Position numbers and translations under genes: made by a program. A stretch of 64,000 nucleotides of DNA from an uncultured archaeon (lineage in GTDB: Archaea; Asgardarchaeota; Heimdallarchaeia; Heimdallarchaeales; Heimdallarchaeaceae), in NCBI GenBank assembly GCA_964534625.1, contig CAZHRF010000001.1, forward strand, positions 72,897-136,896, in the 5' to 3' direction. This document shows positions 1 through 12,637 of this stretch, piece by piece. Position 1 is the first letter of the stretch; every line of letters starts with the position of its first letter. The notes beneath the pieces are model-generated. The model made no database searches. It was not told the DNA's origin and worked only from the letters and a program-made list of their open reading frames with translations.

Positions 1-242
1 TCCCCAATAATTGATAAACGCACAGCTCAAGTTCTAAACATTACTAGTGATAGTGTTCAATTGATGGATATGGAATCTTATGAAACTTTTGAAACTATAC
101 TTCCCACTGAAGAAGAAATTAGAGAAGATCTCAAAAAAGGTGAACCACCCGTATATGTTGAATATTGGAGAGTCATCGGTAAAAGACGAATTATGCGTAT
201 AAAACCATAAGTTTTTATGTTTTTATTTTTCTTCCTGTTTTT

Positions 243-319
243 GGGCCGATAGATCAGCCTGGTAGATCGCGACGTTCGCAACGTCGAAGCCTCGGGTTCA
301 AATCCCGATCGGTCCACCA
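243..319 (+). tRNA. tRNA-Ala (anticodon CGC), 3' CCA encoded
   Basis: Folds by eye into a cloverleaf. Acceptor GGGCCGA/TCGGTCC, with a G3:U70 pair that is the Ala identity element. Anticodon stem-loop CGACG-TTCGCAA-CGTCG. T-arm TCGGG-TTCAAAT-CCCGA. Discriminator A followed by CCA. Confidence 0.85.
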
Positions 320-411
320 AAGGCAGTTTCAGATATAAAATGCGTTTTTGTCGATACTTTTATTAAAATGTAAACTATCAATAATATAGATAAAAAAACA
401 GAGGAATGTAA

Positions 412-1785
412 ATGAAGAACTCCTTAGATTTTGTCAGGACAATTAGGGACCCAATTTATGATGAAGTTAGATTGACAGAAATAGAAAACAAAATTATTGA
501 CACACCTATATTTCAGAGATTACGTTGGATTAGTCAATTATCTGGTGTTAAACACGTTTATCCATCAGCTGTTCATACTAGACTAGCACATAGTATTGGG
601 GTTATGCACTTAGCTGGTAGGTATGCAGAAGAAGTGTTTAAAAAACATGAAGATGTGGCATATAAAGTTCAAAAAATACGGCTAGCGGGATTGCTTCATG
701 ATATTGGTCATGGTCCTTTCTCCCATCAATTCGATGATATTGTTTTCAAAAAAGTTTATCCTACTATACCTCATGGTCATGATCATCACAGAGATATTAT
801 TATCCAGTCTGATTTATTAGTAGATTTAATTGAAGAATTTTGTAATACAGAAGAACTTATGGCAATTTGGAATGGAACAGATAACTTAATGCACCCTCTA
901 ATTCAAGGAGCACTTGGAGCCGACAGGTTAGATTTTATGTTACGCGATTCAACATTTGCAGGAACATTGCATTTTGGCATTATCCCAGTAAGTAGAATTA
1001 TAAATAACACAACAATATATGAACATCAAGCCAGAGATGCAATCCATTATAATTGGAAAGTTTTGGATGATATTTATTCGAGTCTTATAGGTAGATTCTT
1101 TGAGTACAAAAACGTTTACTTTCATAAAGCATCACGTGCTGTAGATATAGCTATACAGGCGTTTTTAGAAGAAGCAACTGAACCATTAGAGTTAATTGAA
1201 CGAACTACTGATTTAACAAAGTATACGTATTTAAATGAATATACCTTATTGGGTGAAATATTTACAAGTTCTCGAGAAGAGTTAAAAAAAGCTAGAATAA
1301 TAGTTAAAGATTTATTTGATAGACGACTATATAAAGCCGTTTGGGAAAAAATTATTGATGAAACTACTGCAACTGAACTGGGGATCACAGTAGAAGATTT
1401 GTGTAACCTAACAGCTCAGAAGTCATTTATCAATAGAATCCAAGAATATTGCAATAATAATGGTGTTCAACTAAAATACAAAATGAAAATTGATTCTACC
1501 TACAAATTATCTACAATAAATGAAGAAGAATTCCAAGCATCAAATATTTTTATTTATGATCCCTATGATAAAATAAGACCAGGTACAAAATCTTTTACAC
1601 TGAATGATGCTTTAAATACAACTCGATATATAGCTAATTTTTCGGGTCCCAAAGCTTATAATTCCTTATTTAAGCTGGTAAGGGTATATGCACATCCTGA
1701 TGACGCTAAAATTGTCAAAAATATTTGGAAACAAATTCAACCTGAAAAAGATCAGAAAAAAGACGTATCTTTAACTTCTTACTAG
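412..1785 (+). CDS. HD-domain deoxynucleoside triphosphate triphosphohydrolase (dGTPase/SAMHD1-like)
   Basis: 457 aa. Motifs RLAHSIGVMHLAG and LLHDIGHGPFSH are the metal-binding H..HD..D residues of the dGTPase-type HD phosphohydrolase family. A GGAGG-like RBS sits just upstream of the ATG. Confidence 0.7.
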   Translation: MKNSLDFVRTIRDPIYDEVRLTEIENKIIDTPIFQRLRWISQLSGVKHVYPSAVHTRLAHSIGVMHLAGRYAEEVFKKHEDVAYKVQKIRLAGLLHDIGHGPFSHQFDDIVFKKVYPTIPHGHDHHRDIIIQSDLLVDLIEEFCNTEELMAIWNGTDNLMHPLIQGALGADRLDFMLRDSTFAGTLHFGIIPVSRIINNTTIYEHQARDAIHYNWKVLDDIYSSLIGRFFEYKNVYFHKASRAVDIAIQAFLEEATEPLELIERTTDLTKYTYLNEYTLLGEIFTSSREELKKARIIVKDLFDRRLYKAVWEKIIDETTATELGITVEDLCNLTAQKSFINRIQEYCNNNGVQLKYKMKIDSTYKLSTINEEEFQASNIFIYDPYDKIRPGTKSFTLNDALNTTRYIANFSGPKAYNSLFKLVRVYAHPDDAKIVKNIWKQIQPEKDQKKDVSLTSY

Positions 1786-2033
1786 TATAATTTAAAAATT
1801 GACACATAGCGAGTAGTTTAGTTAAATTATACTTGCATTCTTCAGTTTGAAATGGAATTTCATTTTTTTAATCATTTCTTTTTTCTTCCACTACCTCTCT
1901 TTATTGTCCAAATTTTTATTAGAAAATTACAAAAAAATCGTACTTTTTATCTAAAAAGTAAATAAGAATAGAGAGATACTGAAATTATACTATGAGTCAC
2001 AATTTGGAATAGTTTTAGTTAGAATCTTTAATT

Positions 2034-5941
<3,908 letters not shown>

Positions 5942-6113
5942 TTAATCTTTCTCCAAAAAACTTTGATTCTCTCCACTAACCAAATCAATTACTCTCAATT
6001 GATTTCCCTTCCGTCTTGATAAAAAGGTTTTGATTTTTAACTAATGTTTTCTTTTTGATCTAAACTTAAAGGGTATTTTAATTATATGTATTTTAATTAA
6101 AAATTAGTAAAAG

Positions 6114-6225
6114 TGGCGCCCGAGCCGGGATTTGAACCCGGGTCGAGGGAGTTTTGCGTCCCTTGTCTGCGGTCTCGCAGGGGTCTTGACAGTCCCCCAT
6201 CATGGCCGAGCTAAACTACTCGAGC
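6114..6225 (-). tRNA. tRNA gene with atypical or interrupted 5' half; identity unresolved
   Basis: The minus-strand 3' end reads CCGGG-TTCAAAT-CCCGG (T-arm), CTCGGGC (acceptor 3' strand), G, CCA. A 5' strand GCTCGAG pairs with it, including one G:U. The 112 nt between cannot be folded into canonical D and anticodon arms by eye. Three consecutive hairpins are visible: GGGGG..CCCC, CTGCG-AGAC-CGCAG and AGGGA-CGCAAAAC-TCCCT. One possible solution is a 35-nt intron giving anticodon UGU (Thr), but it has irregular positions 33 and 37. Confidence 0.5.
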
Positions 6226-6447
6226 TTTTTGGTAATTTTGCTTTTTTTGTGCTATTTTTATGAGAAACACTTTCCCATTTAAACTTGTCGTTTTTGAACA
6301 GCTTGGTGTATTTACTTTTATTTAAATAATATATTCTAAGAGTCTTAACTTTCATTTCATCAACTGTTTACTCTTTGATGGAGAAACGAAACTTGGTAAA
6401 GAAGCATATATTATTAAATTAGTTTTTATACATGATATTGATGGCTT

Positions 6448-6924
6448 ATGACAAAAGCAAAGATAAAAACTAATAAAGGACTAATATTTATTGGATTTTT
6501 TGACCAATCAACACCTAATACTGTGAAAAATTTTGTTGTTTTAGCTAAATCCCATTTTTATGATGATGTAACTTTTCACAGAGTAATTCCCAATTTTGTT
6601 GTACAAGGTGGAGATCCAGATGGAACTGGGCGTGGAGGCCCAGGTTATACCATACCCGATGAATTCGCCAATGATAAACAAAAACATACCTTGGGCGCTA
6701 TCTCCATGGCTAATACAGGTGAACCAAATTCAAATGGCTCACAATTTTTCATAGTTTTGAATCCTGATAATTGTAAACATTTGGATAACAAGCACACAGT
6801 TTTTGGACAGGTAATTGAGGGAATGGAGACTGTAAACAAAATTGAGCAAGGAGATAAAATCTTAAAAGTAAATATTATCGAAGAAAGTGATTTGATCAAA
6901 AATCATCAGTTAACAAGATTGTAA
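6448..6924 (+). CDS. cyclophilin-type peptidyl-prolyl cis-trans isomerase
   Basis: 158 aa. Contains VIPNFVVQGGDPDGTGRGGPGYTIPDEF and HTVFGQVIEGMETV, typical of cyclophilin-family PPIases. Confidence 0.85.
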   Translation: MTKAKIKTNKGLIFIGFFDQSTPNTVKNFVVLAKSHFYDDVTFHRVIPNFVVQGGDPDGTGRGGPGYTIPDEFANDKQKHTLGAISMANTGEPNSNGSQFFIVLNPDNCKHLDNKHTVFGQVIEGMETVNKIEQGDKILKVNIIEESDLIKNHQLTRL

Positions 6925-7020
6925 TTTCTTACATTTTTTAAATCGATATATATGTAAACTGTTTTTGATTTTAAACCCTTTAGATAGCGTAGGGGTAGAT
7001 GTAAAAAATTTTGAGACATA

Positions 7021-7142
7021 TGGTGGCTCGGAGGGGTTTCGATCCCCTGACCTCAAGATTTCCCATCCGAGGTTCTAGACTGGAACTAGCCCTTTTAATC
7101 AAGATTATGAGTCTTGCGCTCCACCGTCTGAGCTACCGAGCC
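7021..7142 (-). tRNA. tRNA-Met (anticodon CAT) with a ~45-nt intron at the canonical 37/38 position, CCA encoded
   Basis: Minus strand reads GGCTCGG-TA-GCTC..GAGC, then CAAGA-CTCATA, then the intron, then A-TCTTG-AGGTC, then AGGGG-ATCGAAA-CCCCT, then CCGAGCC-A-CCA. The sequence ATCTTGA is duplicated at both exon-intron junctions, consistent with a bulge-helix-bulge splice motif. It could equally be the Ile2 (CAU) isoacceptor. Confidence 0.8.
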
Positions 7143-7172
7143 ATTTTATTTCACTTTTTTCCACATGAAAGT

Positions 7173-7727
7173 TTATTCTTGTTTTTTAGTTAAATATTTT
7201 TGTATCAAATCATGTCCTTTTCCTATTTTGTTTCGACAAGGAATAGGAAAACGTGTATTGGCTCTCTTTAAAGCTTCTACTGCATGGTCATAGAACCTTG
7301 CATATGTCCTTATTGTAACTAGTTCTTGTCCCTCTTTTACTCTGGCAGCTCTATCAGTTGGTTTTCCAAATGATAATCTCATACCATCCTGGATACGATC
7401 TGCTCCAGCCACTGCCATCATTTTATTTTCTCGTAATATATGGTGTGGTTTAACTCTTATAGTCATATGGTAGTTCTTTATTCCAACTTTTTTCTGTAAA
7501 TATCGGTTTACTGCCATTCTTGCGGCTTCTAAAGCCGTATGTCTAATTTGGCAGCTTTCATCAGCTGTCAAATGGAGGTGAACAGGAAATGTTTCTTTTC
7601 TGTTCCCAGAATCATAAGCTCTGATTCTTGAATCTGGTGCTCCTCTTACGTATTTTTTTGTTCTAGTATATGCAGGACCTTTTACTCGTCGATAACATCT
7701 AGCTGGTCTTTTACCCATAATTATCAC
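7173..7727 (-). CDS. rpl10e: 50S ribosomal protein L10e (uL16)
   Basis: 184 aa. The N-terminus GKRPARCYRRVKGPAYTR is characteristic of archaeal and eukaryotic L10e. Confidence 0.85.
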   Translation of the reverse strand: MIIMGKRPARCYRRVKGPAYTRTKKYVRGAPDSRIRAYDSGNRKETFPVHLHLTADESCQIRHTALEAARMAVNRYLQKKVGIKNYHMTIRVKPHHILRENKMMAVAGADRIQDGMRLSFGKPTDRAARVKEGQELVTIRTYARFYDHAVEALKRANTRFPIPCRNKIGKGHDLIQKYLTKKQE

Positions 7728-7751
7728 CTAATTTTATCTTAATTAATATCA

Positions 7752-8327
7752 TTATCTTGCAGAAAGGGCTATCCTTTCTAGTTCTTGTTTCTTTCTAACA
7801 GCAGAGCTATTTGAGTCTCCTGAGGCTGCCAACATTAATTCTTCGGATACTATTTCTTCTGCTGATTTTACATTATTGAAACTCTTTTGTATTATAGCAA
7901 TTGAAAGATAACGGAGTGCAATATCAACCCTGCGAAGAGGTGCAATGTCTACACTACTGTGTTGTACAACACCACCATAAGTGATCCTTGTTGTTTCCTC
8001 TCTTGGAGCAGCATTACATATCGCATCAACTAATATTTGAATTGGATTTTTATCCGTTCGAAGATGTATTATTTCAAAAGCAACTTTAACAATATTGATT
8101 GCTCTTAACTTCTTTCCAGCATTTCTCTCTCTTCTCATGAGCTGATTGATAAATCTCTCAACAATATTCATTTCAGCTTTTTTAAATCTCTGGTCTTGAT
8201 TTCTTCCGCCAGAATGAGGATAATAGATTGGTTTCAGTGATATATATCTTTGTAAACCCAAATCATTAATTTCTACATCCTCAAAGGACCATTTACCAAA
8301 TAATTTAATTGAATCTTCTTTGCTCAT
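7752..8327 (-). CDS. rps7: 30S ribosomal protein S7 (uS7)
   Basis: 191 aa. The N-terminal KLFGKWSFEDVEINDLGL and the ERFINQLMRRERNAGKK segment resemble the archaeal S7 family. Confidence 0.8.
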   Translation of the reverse strand: MSKEDSIKLFGKWSFEDVEINDLGLQRYISLKPIYYPHSGGRNQDQRFKKAEMNIVERFINQLMRRERNAGKKLRAINIVKVAFEIIHLRTDKNPIQILVDAICNAAPREETTRITYGGVVQHSSVDIAPLRRVDIALRYLSIAIIQKSFNNVKSAEEIVSEELMLAASGDSNSSAVRKKQELERIALSAR

Positions 8328-8411
8328 TTTACTGTCCTCTTCTGATATTTAGCCAAACCCGATGATATTTAAAAATCTAATGTTGAAAGACCAACTTTAG
8401 ATGTGAAAAAG

Positions 8412-9410
8412 TTAAAGTTTCATACGTTTAATTAGCCATGGAGCAAGTAATATGATTGTGGGTCCAAGAAGTGCATAACGAAGAATGTCTAAAGTGATTT
8501 CTAACCATGGAACATGTACGATTATAGTTCCAAACAATATTTTTAATCCAAAATATATGGTTGAAAATGTAAGCATTGCAATTACAAAGCGAAGAATGTA
8601 TTTCCACCACTTGTCAGTCTTTGTATCATAGTTTACAAAATGTTCTTCAACAGAATATGATAATGTAGCTGTAGCAAAAAGCGTAAGATATTTGATATTA
8701 TTTATAAAAGTTTCATGATTATCAATTAATAGCGTAAAAATAACAATAAAAATACTGAATAATCCGATAATTATTAAGAATTGATATTGAATTTTCATTT
8801 TTTTCATATAATTTGTAACTGGTTCTTCAAAAAGAACATACAAACCTAAGATAATTAATCCCAGTCCCAGTCCCATTAAAACATCTGTAAACCAATGAAC
8901 TTGAAGATATATTCGTGAAAAACTCACCAAAGCTATTAGTAAAACTAGAGCAAGATTTATCCATCGTCTCTTAATCATTGTTATAAGTGTTCCAAATAAT
9001 GTTGTTGGAAGTTGTGTATGACCACTTGGAAGACCTGGATCCGTTGCATTAACACGATAGTGTCGAGTACTATCTGGTCTAGGAAGATTGAAAGCATACT
9101 TTAAACTCGTATTGATGAATGTTGAAAAAAATAGAACAAACATTGCTCTGAACCCTTTTTTCTTATTCCATATATAATAAAGTGATAACAAAATAAAAAC
9201 ATAAGATAAAAATTCGCCAATATTTGTGATGTAAAAAAACACCTCAGCGAGAAAAGTAGTCCTATTATTCAACAAGTAGTCAGAGATAAAAAGATCCAAT
9301 TGATTTCTCTCAGGGTATGAACTATAGACAATAATGAGTGATATAATAGAAGACATTAATCCAGTAATTATAAGCGTGATTCCGGCTTGTTTTTTATTCA
9401 TAGAAAACAT
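8412..9410 (-). CDS. PAP2-family membrane phosphatase
   Basis: 332 aa, multi-pass hydrophobic protein. PAP2 signature present: KYAFNLPRPD, then PSGH, then SRIYLQVHWFTDV. Confidence 0.6.
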   Translation of the reverse strand: MFSMNKKQAGITLIITGLMSSIISLIIVYSSYPERNQLDLFISDYLLNNRTTFLAEVFFYITNIGEFLSYVFILLSLYYIWNKKKGFRAMFVLFFSTFINTSLKYAFNLPRPDSTRHYRVNATDPGLPSGHTQLPTTLFGTLITMIKRRWINLALVLLIALVSFSRIYLQVHWFTDVLMGLGLGLIILGLYVLFEEPVTNYMKKMKIQYQFLIIIGLFSIFIVIFTLLIDNHETFINNIKYLTLFATATLSYSVEEHFVNYDTKTDKWWKYILRFVIAMLTFSTIYFGLKILFGTIIVHVPWLEITLDILRYALLGPTIILLAPWLIKRMKL

Positions 9411-9441
9411 ATCAAATACTCATAAATATATTTTTTGTGCG

Positions 9442-10581
9442 TTATTTATCAAGAATATTAACTACATCGATAAACTTCTGAATATCCTTTTCTGTATTAA
9501 AAAAATGTGGTGATACTCTTATACCGTTGAATCTATTAGCACAGCTAATAGCTTTTTTTCGTAATAACAAAATCATTTCATTGGATTTAATCTTTTTTGG
9601 TATAAAATTGACAATTCCACTTATTTTATCTGATTCAATTGGTGATTGTAGTTCATAATTTTTATCTATGAGATTATCAAGTAACATTTTTACTAAATTT
9701 TTGATATGTCGTTCAATTTTTGCTACTGAGATTTTCTGAATAAGCTTTATGGAATTATCTAAACCAAAAATATTAGAAAAGGCTGGATTCCCGATTTCAA
9801 ATTTTCTACCGGTATTAGCAAATGTTTTATTTTTTAATGCATAACTATCCAAGGGGTCATAATTCAACCAACCTCTAAAAGGCGGATCTAGTTGTTTTGC
9901 TATTTCTCTCTTCACATAGAGAAAACCGACCCCTAATGGACCGACTAACCATTTATGTCCCCCACAGGCAATAAAATCAGCTTTAATTTGCTTGTTATCA
10001 AATTCTAACGCACCAATACCTTGGATTGCGTCAACTAATACCTTACAGTTATAATCGTGAGAAACTTTTATTATTTCTTTTAAAGGCATTTTTGCTCCAC
10101 TAGAGTATTGAACAAATGAGATAGTTACCAATTTAGTACGATTAGATATCGCCTCGTTCACTTCTTCTGGAGTCACATAGCCTTTTTTGGCTTCAATTAC
10201 TTTCATTTTTGTCCCATATTTATCACATATGGCTTCCCATGGTGTATAATTGCTCGGGAATTCTAAATCACAAAGAACGATTTCATCTTCTTTCTTCCAT
10301 GGTAAAGCATAAGCAATAGTATTAATCCCTTCTCCCGTGTTTTTTAAAAAGGATATTTCTTGTTTTTGCACATTAATTAAATCTGCAACAGTTTTTCTTG
10401 CTTGTTCCATATTTTTTAACCAGCTATCATATCGCTCCTCTCCATATCCTGCTCTTTCGTGCAAAAAAGTATTAATGGTCTGAATTGTGGAGACAGGTAA
10501 TGGACTTGTTGCCGCTGTGTTAAGATAAGTCATTTTTTTTGTTATTGGGAATTCTTTCTGGGTTTTTTCACTATTAATCAT
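9442..10581 (-). CDS. class V aminotransferase (cysteine desulfurase-like)
   Basis: 379 aa. GGHKWLVGPLGVGFLYVKRE resembles the PLP-lysine region of NifS/SufS-type enzymes (SGHKxxGPxGxGxLYV). Confidence 0.7.
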   Translation of the reverse strand: MINSEKTQKEFPITKKMTYLNTAATSPLPVSTIQTINTFLHERAGYGEERYDSWLKNMEQARKTVADLINVQKQEISFLKNTGEGINTIAYALPWKKEDEIVLCDLEFPSNYTPWEAICDKYGTKMKVIEAKKGYVTPEEVNEAISNRTKLVTISFVQYSSGAKMPLKEIIKVSHDYNCKVLVDAIQGIGALEFDNKQIKADFIACGGHKWLVGPLGVGFLYVKREIAKQLDPPFRGWLNYDPLDSYALKNKTFANTGRKFEIGNPAFSNIFGLDNSIKLIQKISVAKIERHIKNLVKMLLDNLIDKNYELQSPIESDKISGIVNFIPKKIKSNEMILLLRKKAISCANRFNGIRVSPHFFNTEKDIQKFIDVVNILDK

Positions 10582-10612
10582 TTTTATTCTATATTAATAT
10601 ATATGATATGAT

Positions 10613-11539
10613 TCATATTTTTTTCGTCTTCTCTCTTATTGAAATTATAACAATGGAAAAGAAGACTAAAATTCCTCCAGTAATTGTCCAAATCGTTGGG
10701 ATTTCAGTAAATAAAATGGCTTCTAAAACGAAAGCGACCAAAACTTCAATAAGCATTAAAATACTACTTGGTCCTGCTTCAATTTGTTTAAGCCCATACG
10801 TATATAATCCAAATGCAACAACAGTACAGATGATAGATAAATAGCATACAGCTAATACAGACTCAAAAGTGATTTGTAAGGATATTTCCCTAATTGAATA
10901 TTGAAAAAATACAAAGGGTAAACATGATAATAGAAAAAGAGTAGTCCATAAAAGTGTAACAGAGAAAATGTCAAAACTTGAATGCTTTGGATTTTTATTC
11001 AAAAAATTCTTTGAAATAATGATATATGCTGTCCAAGCTAAACTTGAAAGAAGAATGATTAAATCTCCCATTATAGTACCCTTACTTAATTGAGAGAAGT
11101 TAAGATTAGTAGAAATAAAAAAAACCCCTGAAACACCTATTACTCCACTAATTAAAACGGACCAATGATACTTCTCTTTAAGTACTAAAGGTGAAAAAAT
11201 TGGAACTATGATGACATAAAAATTTACAAACAGTGATGCTTTACCAGCTGTTGTGTTTTGTTGTCCAATAAACTGAGATAGAAAAGCTAATGCATTTATT
11301 AATCCTATAATTATTACATCCTTCTTCAGAAGTAGTTTTTTTATTTTTTGTATTCTAGATAAAAAGAACGGTGTTAAGATGATAACCGCAAGAGAAAATC
11401 GAAAAAAAACAAAAAGGACGGGAGTAATATATTCTAATCCCCATCTTACTGCAATAAAGCTTGTGCCCCAAAGAATTGCAGCTAAAACTATCAAAAGTAG
11501 TGGATACATATTTGAAATCTGATCATGATTAACCGACAT
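10613..11539 (-). CDS. EamA/DMT-family membrane transporter
   Basis: 308 aa with about 10 hydrophobic helices. The two-repeat architecture and the GLxYxxLQ-type segments are typical of the EamA family. Confidence 0.65.
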   Translation of the reverse strand: MSVNHDQISNMYPLLLIVLAAILWGTSFIAVRWGLEYITPVLFVFFRFSLAVIILTPFFLSRIQKIKKLLLKKDVIIIGLINALAFLSQFIGQQNTTAGKASLFVNFYVIIVPIFSPLVLKEKYHWSVLISGVIGVSGVFFISTNLNFSQLSKGTIMGDLIILLSSLAWTAYIIISKNFLNKNPKHSSFDIFSVTLLWTTLFLLSCLPFVFFQYSIREISLQITFESVLAVCYLSIICTVVAFGLYTYGLKQIEAGPSSILMLIEVLVAFVLEAILFTEIPTIWTITGGILVFFSIVIISIREKTKKI

Positions 11540-11595
11540 AAGGGTATTTTTCTCCCTATGAGTTTATATACTAATCTCTAACTATATTAATTAGT

Positions 11596-12543
11596 ATGTC
11601 TAGAAACTTGTTACCATTATTACTATTAAAACATATGGGGATTATCAAAGGGAACACACAATTCCAGAAATTAATGTTTTTATTAAATTTTGAGTACAAT
11701 GTAGATACAAGATATGTCTTTGAGCCTTGGAAATATGGTCCTTATTGTGAAATCTTATCTCAAGATGTAGACACATTAACAGAATATGGTTACATTTATC
11801 ATGAGAAAAAAGAACTAACAGAAGGAGAAAAAATTAATCGGTATCAGTTGACTGAATATGGCGAACAATGTCTTCTTGAACATGAAATCAATCAATCTGT
11901 TGAATCAATAATTGAAGATTTATGTCAAAATTTCGGAAATTTAGCATTAAGAGCATTAATTGAATATATATATGAAAAATATCCAGACTATACAATAAAG
12001 TCAGAAATAAAAGACGAATATTGTCATCCCAATCCAAAGCTTTCTGGCTTTAAACCCGCGAATGAGTTGATAATGAAGCCAACAATCAGTCCTTCATTTG
12101 TTGATTGGTTGGAGGATGAGTTAAAAGAAACCAAGGAGAGATTGAATGTTGTAGACGCTCCTGTTTTTCAAAATGAAGCAGAGACCCCAGTAGATGAAAT
12201 CATATTATCGATGCTTGATATCGCATATGAAGATCTAAATGAACAAGCACAAAATATTACTACTGAAATAGCCATACATGACTATGAAGAATCTGGTAAT
12301 ATAAATAATCAAATCTATTTTATCTTGGAAATGATTCATGAGATGCTAAATGCATTAACAGAAAATGATATTATTGGAGTATTCACGGAATTTGCTAATA
12401 TTCAAACAAATATGCAAATGCTGCATGAAAGACTAGAGTTGCACGCTTTATCGTTAAAATCTGCATTAATAAGAAAGGTACAAGAGTTCATGGGTGAGGT
12501 AAATTACTTACTTGAGAGTATAGACAAACTAATTATGTTATGA
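11596..12543 (+). CDS. Panacea/DUF4065 (PanA antitoxin-like, COG3600 GepA-like) domain protein with a long acidic C-terminal extension
   Basis: 315 aa. The N-terminal FQKLMFLLNFEYNVDTRYVFEPWKYGPYCEIL matches my memory of the DUF4065 core (KLQKLLYxAxGxxLxxxGxPLFxExFEAWKYGPVxPxVY). The rest is acidic and helical. Confidence 0.45.
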   Translation: MSRNLLPLLLLKHMGIIKGNTQFQKLMFLLNFEYNVDTRYVFEPWKYGPYCEILSQDVDTLTEYGYIYHEKKELTEGEKINRYQLTEYGEQCLLEHEINQSVESIIEDLCQNFGNLALRALIEYIYEKYPDYTIKSEIKDEYCHPNPKLSGFKPANELIMKPTISPSFVDWLEDELKETKERLNVVDAPVFQNEAETPVDEIILSMLDIAYEDLNEQAQNITTEIAIHDYEESGNINNQIYFILEMIHEMLNALTENDIIGVFTEFANIQTNMQMLHERLELHALSLKSALIRKVQEFMGEVNYLLESIDKLIML

Positions 12544-12553
12544 TGTTTAAAAA

Positions 12554-12579
12554 CACTCCCCCAAAAGGTTAGGGGGGTG
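12554..12579 (+). other. GC-rich hairpin in the 94-bp spacer between the DUF4065 gene and the LAGLIDADG-like gene
   Basis: Sequence CACTCCCCC-aaaaggtta-GGGGGGTG. It forms an 8-bp, largely G:C stem immediately after the upstream stop codon, in an otherwise AT-rich context. Confidence 0.3.
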
Positions 12580-12637
12580 AAAATGTCCCCCTTCTCATAG
12601 AGAGGTTGATTGGTTTTTTTGCAAGAGAAGCTGTACT

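Noticed and set aside
78-320. 80-aa minus-strand ORF
   Set aside because: It is entirely accounted for by the plus-strand tRNA-Ala gene at 243-319 and its flank. It is an ORF-caller artefact.
7011-7193. 60-aa plus-strand ORF
   Set aside because: It overlaps the intron-containing tRNA-Met gene (7021-7142, minus strand). The translation (GFDPLTS...) is the reverse complement of the T-arm.
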